DNA of 49,747 bases, taken from assembly GCA_000388065.2 (NCBI GenBank), contig KB932206.1. One strand, 5' to 3'. Origin of the DNA: Fonticula alba ATCC 38817. Lineage: Eukaryota > Protista > Nucleariida. The notes under the pieces are model-generated. The model did not search any database. It was given only the letters and a program-made list of their open reading frames with translations, and was not told the origin of the DNA. The translations under genes were made by a program, and so were the position numbers. Shown piece after piece: positions 10,316 to 20,800 of the stretch; position 1 is the stretch's first letter; the number at the start of each line of letters is the position of its first letter.

Positions 10316-13300
10316 GGCCTTCTACGCCTCGACGGATAAGCACGTCATGCCGGCACCCGCAGGGCCCCCCTCGCCCGGAGGCCACACCTTCATCGCCGAG
10401 GTGCCCGTGTCGCGGCTTCTGGCGGCCTTCAACCCGACCGGCGGCCCGGCCCTGGCCCTGGACATGTCCGAGGAGCAGCTGAGCCGGGCCCAGCTGGTCA
10501 ATGGGGCCGTCCGCTTGGGCCCCGGGGTCACGTACTACGGGGAGCTGATTGTGCCGGCCCCCGGGTCGGTGCCCGGGCCGGGCGGCGCGCGCGTCCGGTC
10601 CTTCGTCCTGGAACCCAGCGGCCCGGGCGCCGTGGAGGGCATGTACTCCAATGACCGGCCCGGGCACCGGGGCGTGCCCCATGGCGTGGGCGACGCCCTG
10701 TCCATCGATGGGTCTTTCTATTCCGGCCAATGGCGCACCGGGCGCCGGCATGGCTGCGGGCATATGGCCTTCGGCCAGGCGCGGAGCTCGCCGCTGCCGG
10801 TCCTCGGCCCGGGCGACACCACGGCCGACCATGATGCCCGGGTGGCCCGGGCTGTGGCTCGCCAGGGGAAGCTGTGCGCCCGGTCGGGCTTCTTCGCCGG
10901 CGAGTGGGCCGATGACCGGCCCGCCGGGCATGGGATCATGTCCGCGCCCTGGTCCGGGGTCGGGCGCAGCTCCCTGTACCAGGGCCAATTCCAGCGCGGC
11001 CGGCGCCATGGCCTGGCCGTGCACCGGCTGCACGAGGCCCCGGAGGGGGTCTTCGAGGCCGGGGAATTGGCCGACGGCGGCCCGGCCGCCGCCATGCGCG
11101 CCATCTACCTGTTTCTCGGGGAATTCCGCCAAGACATGATGGATGGCCTGGGGGTGGTGGTGCGGGTGGTGCCGCCGGCCTCCGGCGAGGTGGACGCCGC
11201 CCCGGGCCCCGGCGGCGCCCAGGTGCTGGTGCGCTTTGTGGCCTGCGAGCTGGGCGCCCTGACCCGGCTGCGGGGCCGGCACTTCCCGCGCGTCCGGCAT
11301 GCCATTGTCACGCGGCTGCTGCCGGCCGTCCTGTCGGCGCAGCTGTCCGCCTGCTCGGCGGCCGAGCGGTCCATCATCGGCACCCAGGGGCACCCATCGC
11401 TCCGGGGCCGCGAGCGAATGAGCATCATCGAGGCCGGCGGCCATGCGGCGGCCTCCCATGCGTCGTATGTGCTGCAGAGCTTCCTCGACCCGCTGGCCGG
11501 CCCGGCGGGGGCCGCCGCCGCCGCCGCCGCCGCCTCCTCGTCCTCCGCCACCTCCGGGCCGCGCTCGGAGAGCCTGGCCGCGCGCTTCCTCAACTCCATC
11601 GGCGTGGATGTCCTGGTGGTGATGAACGCCTGCCGGGCGAAGGCCCGGCAGCCGGCCCCCGGCGCCGGCATGGTGGCCGGATCGTTCGGCCCGGCGGCCG
11701 GGGCGCGCCTGGCCGAGCTGTCGGCATCCGGCAGCCCGGCCGCCCCCGGCCTCACCGCCAGTCCGTCGAAAAAGCGCGGCGGCGTGCTCGGGCTCTTCAG
11801 CCGGTCCAACTCCGGCGGCTCGTCGCCCGGCCTCCAGCCGTCGGACATCCAGCATGTCGGCCCGGCTGGGCCCCTGACACGCAGTGCGTCGGGCCCCTCG
11901 TCCAGCGGCGGCAACAGCAGCAGCAACAGCGAGGAGGCCCTGCCCGCCTCGAGTGAGCATGCCCACGCCGAGGCGCGCATGCTTCGCGAATTGGAGGCCC
12001 GTCTCGCGGGGGCCGGCCTGGCGGGCGGCTCCCCCGGCGATGGGCCAGCTCCGGAGCCCCCGACCAAGGCCCCCGCCGCTGGGGGGACTTCGGCCGCCGG
12101 CTCCAAGGCCGGGTCGCCCGGGCTGCCGGAGCACCCGGTGTCCACTCCGGCCTCGCCGCCGCCCACGCCCCAGGGGTCGCCCTTTCCCCTGACCAATGAC
12201 CTGGGGCCGGCGGCGGCGGCGGCGGCGGCGGCGGTCCCGGAGGCGCGTGCCTCGCCGCCCCCCGCCGCCGGGGCCTCCATGGACATGGCCGGCGCCCCGG
12301 CCGTGGTCATCTACAACAGCGGCGACTCCGACGTGGGCACCGAGCTGGTCGATCGCCGGGCCTCGCGGCTCTCGAGCCTTTCTTCCTCGCGGCCGATGGC
12401 CCAGTTGACTTTCTGGTGCGCAGCGATTCGCTCCCCTCCGCCTCCCTCCGCCGCCTTGCTCGCGGCCCCCAGTCCGGGCAAATGCCCGGTACTGCATGCC
12501 TGGCCCCTCGCCCAATGTAGTGACCCTGTGACGGGATGGCGCTTGCCGGTCCGCCCGGCCGCCCGATGCCCCCCTCCCCCCCCCCCNNNNNNNNNNNNNN
12601 NNNNNNNNNNNNNNNNNNNNNNNNNNNNNNNNNNNNNNNNNNNNNNNNNNNNNNNNNNNNNNNNNNNNNNNNNNNNNNNNNNNNNNNNNNNNNNNNNNNN
12701 NNNNNNNNNNNNNNNNNNNNNNNNNNNNNNNNNNNNNNNNNNNNNNNNNNNNNNNNNNNNNNNNNNNNNNNNNNNNNNNNNNNNNNNNNNNNNNNNNNNN
12801 NNNNNNNNNNNNNNNNNNNNNNNNNNNNNNNNNNNNNNNNNNNNNNNNNNNNNNNNNNNNNNNNNNNNNNNNNNNNNNNNNNNNNNNNNNNNNNNNNNNN
12901 NNNNNNNNNNNNNNNNNNNNNNNNNNNNNNNNNNNNNNNNNNNNNNNNNNNNNNNNNNNNNNNNNNNNNNNNNNNNNNNNNNNNNNNNNNNNNNNNNNNN
13001 NNNNNNNNNNNNNNNNNNNNNNNNNNNNNNNNNNNNNNNNNNNNNNNNNNNNNNNNNNNNNNNNNNNNNNNNNNNNNNNNNNNNNNNNNNNNNNNNNNNN
13101 NNNNNNNNNNNNNNNNNNNNNNNNNNNNNNNNNNNNNNNNNNNNNNNNNNNNNNNNNNNNNNNNNNNNNNNNNNNNNNNNNNNNNNNNNNNNNNNNNNNN
13201 NNNNNNNNNNNNNNNNNNNNNNNNNNNNNNNNNNNNNNNNNNNNNNNNNNNNNNNNNNNNNNNNNNNNNNNNNNNNNNNNNNNNNNNNNNNNNNNNNNNN

Positions 13301-13962
13301 NNNNNNNNNNNNNNNNNNNNNNNNNNNNNNNNNNNNNNNNNNNNNNNNNNNNNNNNNNNNNCCCCCGTGCCCCCTCGCGACTCAGACATCCCCTGCGGCT
13401 GGGGTGTTCTCAAGACCCAGGCCAATGCCCTGGTCCATGCGTACTGGGAGCAGGGCGTGGTACGACCCGAGGCACCTCGCACGCCGGCACCCCCCCGATA
13501 GCCCTTCCTTCCCCCCGGGCCCATTCCGCCCGGTGGCGCCCCTCACCCCGGCGGCCCCTCTAACCCGTCGCCTCGCCCGGCCATCCTCGGCCCGGTCCGC
13601 CGCCATCCACAATGCAGCCCGTCAGCGCGGTGCTCATCACGCAAACCATGAACGCCGCGGTGTATGCCGGGCGCACGCGCGGGCTCCGCCGCTCGGGCCA
13701 CGGCATCCTGTGCCAGCCGCTGGAGCACACCAAGGGCGGCGACCAGCACGGTGGCGGCTCGTCGCCCCTCCCGACCGAGGCCTTCCCCCAGGGGCCCGAC
13801 CGGATGGCCATGTTCGCCGTGTACAGCGGCCAGTTCACCGACGACGCCATCCAGGGCTGCGGGGAGTTTGTCCTCGGCCTGGGCCGGCCAATTGTCGGCC
13901 GCTTTGTCCAGGGCCGTGCCGTGTCCAACAACGGTATGCACAGACACTGGGTCTGTATTTCG

Positions 13963-14015
<53 letters not shown>

Positions 14016-16337
14016 CATACGCCTGGGCCCGCGGGCAGGCCGGGCTTCTTTTCGCCCGGCCGTCCCGCGGACTCCCAGGCCGCCAGCCAGCCAGCCTGAC
14101 CACCCTCACGCGCCTGTCCCCGGGCACTTGCTGACCTTTCCTGCACCCCGGTCGCCACTCCGATGCCCCGCCCCCCTCGCCGATGCGCAGATCCAAATGC
14201 CGCGGCTGCCGAGCAGCGGCAAGCCGTCCAGGCCAGCCAACGGAGCCGCGTCCTGGCGGCCACCGCATCGCGAGCCATCCAGCGCCGGGCCATCCGGGCA
14301 TCCATGATCGCCGAGGCCGCGGCCGAGCAGCGCGCCGCCCGGGAGGCCGAGCAAAAGGCCAACGAGGAGGCCGCCCGCCGCCAGGCCGCCCAGCCGCACG
14401 GCTTCCAGCCGCAGGAATTCCAGGAGTACCTCCAGAACAAGGAGCAGTTCCACCAGTTCCAGCAGCTGCTCCTGCAGCAGCAGCAGCAGCAGCAGCAGCA
14501 CTTTTTCCCGCAGCCCTACTGGTCTCCCGGGCACCCCACCGGCCTGCCACCGCTGCCGCCCCTGCCGCATGCCACGCAAATGCAGCACTTCCCGGCCCTG
14601 CCGCCGGCCCTGCCCCAGGCGCTTGGCCGGCCGCCGGCCGTCGGCCAGCCCGCCGACGACATGGACATCACCATCATGGCCAGCCGGCCGGAGCCGCGGA
14701 CCCCCAGCCGCCGGCCGCCCTCGGCCAGTGGCGGTGTCGGGGCCGGCGACGCCGACTCCATGAACCTCACGCAGGTGACCAATCTCTATCGCGGCCCCGG
14801 GGTCGGTTCCAGCCCGGGGCAGGGGCTCGTCAAGCCGCCCTATGCCTCGCCCCGGCTGGGGGCCCTCGGCTCGAGCGGCGGCGATGCCTCCCCCCGGCTG
14901 GGCCCCATGGCCGGCCTGGCGCACGAGCAGCCGGCGGCCCTGGACCAGCAGTGCCCCTATGCCCAGGCCCCTTGGCAGTATGACATGCACGGGGGGCACC
15001 CCCACCACCGGTCCCCGCGGCAGTCGCACGCCGGGGCTCCTCAGCATGCCGACCTGCCGGTCTTCCCGCCGACCCCGCCGTCGGCGCAATTGTCGCCGCG
15101 CCTCGATGCGCACTTCATGCCGAGCCCCGGCCGGGGGTCCTTCGATCTGAATGGGACGTCGCCCGGGCTGCCGGCCGACCCGCGCTACAGCCCGCACTCG
15201 ACATCCACCATGGACCTGACCGAGGTGGCCTACACCCGCCGAGGGAGCGCCGACACGGCTGGCGCCGGCCCGAGCCCGGCCGGGCCCGTGAGCTGGTCCA
15301 TGCTCCGCGGGCAGCACCCGCACCCGGGGCAGCGCCCGCCCGCGCACTCGCCCATGCATTTGCAGCAGCAGCAGCAGCAGCAGCACCACCACCACCACCA
15401 TCACTACACGCAGCAGGCACCGCCGGAGCCATATGCCGGTGGGGTCCCGGCGTCGCCCCAGCGCCCGGCATCCAGCACCGGCGCCAGCTTCGGCTACTAT
15501 GTCAATGACACCTCCACGGACGCATGGTCCCCGGCCGGCAGCGGGGGCGCATACACGACGGAGATCTCCCCGAGCTCCAGCGCGCGCGACGGCATGCTCG
15601 GCCGCCAGTACACCCGGCGGTGCAGCGACTCGCCGTCGCCGTCGCCGGGGCGGGGCGGCAGCTTCGCGCGGGGGCCCGGCCCGGCGGCCGCCTCGCCGGC
15701 CCCGCTGCTCTTGGACAACGACTCGACGCTCATCTTCGACGATGACGAGGACCTCAGCCCGCCCCTGGGGGCCGTGTCGGTGGGGCTTAGCAGCCTTGCC
15801 CTGGCGGAGGAGTCGCCCCGGGGCTCGGCCCGGAGCAGCATGGCCGCGGCGGCCCCGTGCATGGGCGGCATCAATGCCGCCCTGCGCGAGTCCTTCGGCA
15901 TCGACAGCCCGACGCACACGCCCATCACCGGCGGGCTCAAGCGCCTGGCCGGTGGCCTGGCCCCGGGCGCCTGGTCCGAAGACGAGGACCACCCGGATGC
16001 CGAGGATGGGGAGGATCTCGATAAGACGGACCTGTTGAACACCTTTTCGGCCGCCGGTCCGGCGGCCCTGCTCGCCGGCGGGGTGTACGCCAAGTCCACC
16101 TCCAGCTCCCGGCGGACGCCCTCCCGGCTGTCGATGGCCTGCCGGAATCTGGCCGCGGCCGCCGGCGCCGCCGAGGGCCCGGACCAGGCCCCGCCCCGCG
16201 GCCCGCCGCCCGGCCGGGGGGTCTACCAGTTCAACCACTTCACCGGCACGGCCGGCCCCATTTGCGCCCCGAGTCGGCTGTCGGACAGCTTTGCCACCGG
16301 CACCACCACCATCGCCACCAATGGCTCCGGCTCCTGA
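10316..16337 (+). CDS. MORN-repeat protein with two MORN clusters, an Ala-rich helix and a long Gln/Pro/Ser low-complexity tail; 5' end uncertain (candidate first exon ~9723-9860)
   Basis: First-cluster MORN motifs are YYGEL...GVPHGVG, YSGQWRTGRRHGCG, FAGEWADDRPAGHG, YQGQFQRGRRHGLA and FLGEFRQDMMDGLG (exon 10316-~12415). Second-cluster motifs are DIPCGWG...AYWEQGV, YAGRTRGLRRSGHG and YSGQFTDDAIQGCG (exons 13386-13459, 13618-13933). The last exon is 14191-16337. Phase-compatible GT-AG introns are 13460-13617 and 13934-14190. Gap 12587-13360 may hide additional exons. Confidence 0.85.
13970..14013. repeat. (CA)n microsatellite in a MORN-gene intron
   Basis: About 22 CA units. Similar (CA/TG)n tracts occur at ~10268, 26430, 26866, 28381, 31327, 41207, 46838 and 47231, and (GA)n tracts at ~32171, 34385 and 35100. 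Confidence 0.9.
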
Positions 16338-16954
16338 GGGCGTGCTTGCCCGGCCCATCTTCCTGCCCCATGCCCGGCGCATGCATATATATATGTATAC
16401 ACCTCATACCAATGCTCGAGCGCGGTTGGCCCTTGGCCTTCCCGGGGGGAGGGGGGCTCTCTTGTCGGCATGCAGCGGGGAGCGGGGTGCCGAGGGGGCG
16501 GCCGGCGCTGCGGCGGAAGGGGCGCCTGCTCGGCCGGATGCTGCCGATGGCGGTGGCGTGCGGCCCTTTGCCGATGCAGGTGGGCGGCCCAGCCCGGCCG
16601 GCCTCCCCGGGCGCCAGGCCTGCGCAGGCGGGCACATGCCCCCCCCCCCCCCCCTCCCCGGGTCCCGGCTGGGGCGCTGGGCTCCGGTCAGGGACGCCCC
16701 TCTGTTGGTGGCTCGCGCCACTCGTGGGCGAATGGGCATGTGTGTGCTCGGTCTTCGCCGTGTCCGGGGAGGGGGGGGGGGAAGCGCGCGAGACACGCCC
16801 GGACGCGCGGGACCTTCTTCTCAACACCCCAAGCGGGCACCATGCAAACGAAGGTTGTCTATTGTTGGGGGGCGTGGGAGGGGGAGGCCCCCCGGCCGGC
16901 CTCGGGGGGCGCGAGCATAAAACCCACTCCCAGGGCCTGGGTCAGTGTGTGAAA

Positions 16955-17038
16955 CCAACCATAGCTCAATTGGTAGAGCATCAGACTGTAGCGGTTGCAA
17001 TTATCTGAGGGTCGCTGGTTCGATTCCGGCTGGTTGGA
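16955..17038 (+). tRNA. tRNA-Tyr (GTA) with 11-nt intron at 37/38 (16992-17002)
   Basis: Acceptor stem CCAACCA/TGGTTGG with C1-G72 and A73, D-arm GCTC/GAGC, anticodon stem TCAGA/TCTGA with loop CT-GTA-G^A, T-arm GGTTCGATTCC. The intron CGGTTGCAATT sits at the canonical position and can pair with the anticodon. Confidence 0.96.
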
Positions 17039-17045
17039 CACTTCC

Positions 17046-17050
17046 TTTTT
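17046..17050 (+). terminator. RNA polymerase III terminator (T5) of tRNA-Tyr
   Basis: TTTTT begins 8 nt after the discriminator base in an otherwise GC-rich context. Confidence 0.75.
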
Positions 17051-17499
17051 CGCGGCGCACCGCCCCTTTTGTCGGGCCCCGCATGTCTGGGGGGGGGCGG
17101 CCGGGCGGGGGGCAGGCGGCGGCGGGGGCCGCACAATAAAATAAGCGCAGGGACACCCTGGGGCCCGGCCGGATCTCGCCCCGGCGGAGGGGACGCCGGC
17201 GGCCGGGCCGGGGCGCGGGCAGCGCGCGCCGGGGGCCGATCATTCGCCCGGGTCAGGGTGTCCCCCGGACAAGGGCCGGGCCGCGGACGGACCTTCCCCC
17301 GCGCCCTGCGCGAAAAAAGGCGGTCCCTCGAGCCCCGCGGCAGAGGGCCGCGCCTGCCCCTCCCCCCCCCCGCCCTGTCCGGTCTTTTGCTTGCCTGGCA
17401 TTGGCCTGGGCGCGTGCTGCGGCCAGGGCCCCGGCTCACTTCGCCCCGCCCCTGCCCGCCCCCGCTCGGCCGCGGCCGTGGTCCCCGCCCCCCTGGCGA

Positions 17500-17851
17500 T
17501 CAGCCGGGGCTGCGGCGCCGCCATCGGAAGGCCCGGCTGCTGGTGGATCCCACGGACCCGGCGCTCGGCGACCGGACCAACTCCCCGTGGCGTGCCCCGT
17601 AAAATGTGCTCGGCAGGGGGGGCGCCCGGCTGGGCGGCGGCGGGCTCCCCAGATACAGGACCTCCGGCGAGGGCGCGAAGGACACCGCGCCGGTGGCCGG
17701 CGGGCTGCCAGGCGCCTGGCTGGCCTGCTGCCGGGCCAGGGCAACGCGGTGCCGTGCCGCCTGCTCGGTGCGCAGGGTCTCGAAGTAGGCCAGCACGGCG
17801 CGCTCCTCCTCGGCCCGGTCGCGGTCGCTCTGCGATGTCCAGCTGGAGTTG

Positions 17852-17882
<31 letters not shown>

Positions 17883-20800
17883 GGCCGCCATTGTGGGCGG
17901 CGCGCCCGGGGCGGCCGGCCGGCGGCAGGGAAATGTCCTCCAGCCCGGCGGTCGGGTCCCAGGAGAGATCGGTCCAGGCGGGCGGCGAGCCGGGCGGGCT
18001 GCCGCCGGCGGGCGAAGGCACCCCCGGCGACCTGGAGGACCACTGGCCGCCGGCCGACATGGGCAGGGCCTGCACCGGCGACCGGGCCAGCATGGCGTCC
18101 AGCGACACGGCATTCCAGCCCGGCTCATTGGCCAGCACCGGCAGCCGCAGGACCACCGGGATCCGGGCCTGGGCGGCTGGGCCGTCGTGCGAGCCGCCGC
18201 CGCCGCCGCCGCCGCGGGTGGACAGCCGCGCCTGCAGGCGATCCATGCCGATCAGGGCCAGGGAGTTGTCCTGGCTCACGTCGATCGCGTTCTCCAAGTG
18301 GAAGGATACCATCAGCCGGGCCTGGAGGTGGCGGGCCAGGCGGCCAGGCGCCCGGGGACAGGGCCGGGGCCGGGGGAAAGCCGCCAGGTCAGTACGCGAG
18401 GCCACGGCGCCTGCTCGCATGCGGGATGCCAGCCGGTCGGCGGCCGAGGGGTGTGTGTTTACGCGAGGCCCCCCCCCCCCCCGCCCCCCAGCCCCGGAAG
18501 GAGCGACACCCGGCACGCACCTCGGGCAGGTCGCCCACCGCTCCGCTGGCCATCCAGGAGCCCTGGGAAAAGCCCAGCGCCTCGATGGTGTCCGTGGTGT
18601 GGGCCGCCTTGAGGATCCGATGGATTTCGGCGTTCGAGTAGGGCCGGGCCCCATCGGTGGGGACGCCCAGCGCGCCGGACTCCACCGCATGGTGCATGAG
18701 GGCCGCCTCGCTGGTGTGGCGGCGCCGTTGCCGGCCGGATAGGGCGGCGCCGGTGGCCGGGCCCGGGCCGGCACCGGGGCCCGCCGCCGCCGCCTCGGGC
18801 TGGGGGGCGTCGGCTCCGGCACGCGCGGCCGCCACATTGTCCTGCTCCAGGCGCAGGGGGATCCACCGGGTGAAGGCGTGGTTGCCGGGCTGCTCGGGGG
18901 ACAGCCGCGCGCCCGGGTGCCGCGTGGCCCCGGCCACCGGCGGCCGGTCACTGGCCATCAGACTGCCCGGGGGGGCCTTCTTGCAGCTGGCCAGGAAGGC
19001 CCCGAGCTCGAAGGAGCCGGACCAAATTTGCCGCTGGCGGCTGAAGCGCCCGCGCAGGGCCGCCGCCCGGCTGGGCTTTTGCGGCTGGCGGAAGAGCGCG
19101 GCCCCGGACCCGGCCACCTGGCGGCCGGGGACCGGGGCCCCGTCGTCCCCCAGCAGCGGCACCACCTGGGGGCCGACCTTCGGGGCGCCAGGGGCCCGGG
19201 CGCCCGGCGGCCCGGGCAGCCCGGACGCCCGGGTGTCCCGCCGGCGCCAGCTACTCAGCGGCCGGTCCTTGACCGTGATGATGATGTCCACCCGCACGGG
19301 GTTGGGATCCAGGTGGGTGCCGCCGGCGGCCAGGGTGGCCCGGCGGAGGACATCCAGCGGCAGGGGGATGGCCTCGGGCCAGGTGCCGATGCGCAGCGGC
19401 ACGGCCGGCTCCTGCCCCTGCAGGCCCATGCTGATGGCCGCCACGCAGGCCGGCGAATTGAGCTCCAGCGTGCGGAGCTCCCCGGTCAGGCGGTCGACCA
19501 CGGTCGTCTCGATGGCCGCCTGGAAGCCACTGCCGCCGGGGCCGATGAGCCCGGCATCCGGGCCGCCGCCCGGCTGGCCGGGCCCGGGCATGGCCCGGGA
19601 GAAGGGGTCCCCCGCGATCAGGCCCCGGGACATGGCACTCCCGGGCCCGGTGCCGGCGCGGGCGCTTTGGTAGATGTCGCGCGATGCGGCGAACACCATG
19701 CGGTCGCGGTTCGACGCGTCCAGCCGCACCGGCGCCAGCGGCGGGGCCATGACCGGCGCGCACCGGGCCACCGCGCCCTGGGCATCCTTGTCCATGTCGT
19801 ATCGCCGTGGCACGTGCAGGTGCCAGGACCGCTTCAGGGACGACCGCGCATGGCGGAGCCGGGGCCCATTCAGGGCGGCCAGGGTGGTGGCCCCGCCCCC
19901 GGCGCCGGCCGGGACCGATGGCCCGGGCCCGGCCGCGGCCGACATGCCCGCCCCGGCGCCGGTGGGGCTGCCGGCCAGGGGACCGGCCGCCCCGGGCGTG
20001 GCAGACCGGGCCGACCGGGCCGACGCCCGGCCATGGGGCCCGGGCCCGCCGCTGGCCGGGCCCCGGAACAGCGGCGACAGGTCCTTCGGCGGCGGCGGCA
20101 GCTGGGCCCCCGGGCAATTCGAGTCGAAGACCGTCGTCGGGCAGGACCCCTCCTCGGCGCGGCCGCCGGTGCCCCCCTCCAGGGCGCTCAGCCGGATGCC
20201 GGTCGAGGTGTCGATCAGGGCCAGCCGCACGCGGGCCGTGCGGTGCACCAGCACCCCCCCGATGTAGAGCTCCATGCGCCCGGTGCGCACGAGCTTTGGC
20301 CGCCGCGCGACCAGGTGCCCGGCGTCCGTGCGCACGGTCTCGCGCTCCGGCAGCAGCAGCCACCCGCCGAGCATGTTCACCCCATCGGTGAGGACTACGC
20401 GGCCCGCCACCGTCCCGCGGCCCCGGCGACCGCCCGGATGCCAAGGTGTCGACCGCGAGCGATGCGAAAGCATGGGCGCAAGGCAAAGGTGTGAGCATGG
20501 GTCCCCTCTTGGGGAGAGATTGCGCCAGATGCCGCGCGGCGGGGCCTCCCGCGGCCCGCCCTCGCCCCCCGCCCCCCTCCTCCCGGGGTACCTCTGCCGG
20601 CCGGCCGGCCGGGCTCCTGCCTGGCCGGGTGCCAGGCGGCGCGGTGGCCAGGCGCCGGGCAGGGCGGCCGGCACGCACCCGAGCCCGGGCAAGCAGCAGC
20701 CCGACCGAGCAAGCAAGCAAGCAGGGGGGGGGGGGGGAGGGCCACGCCGGGCGGCAGACCGCCGCGCAGCCCCGCGCGGGGCCGAGGCGCAACTGGCCCC

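Noticed and set aside
17308-17316. E2F-like GCGCGAAAA site
   Set aside because: A single occurrence in a tail-to-tail intergenic region, not upstream of a Pol II gene, and expected by chance.
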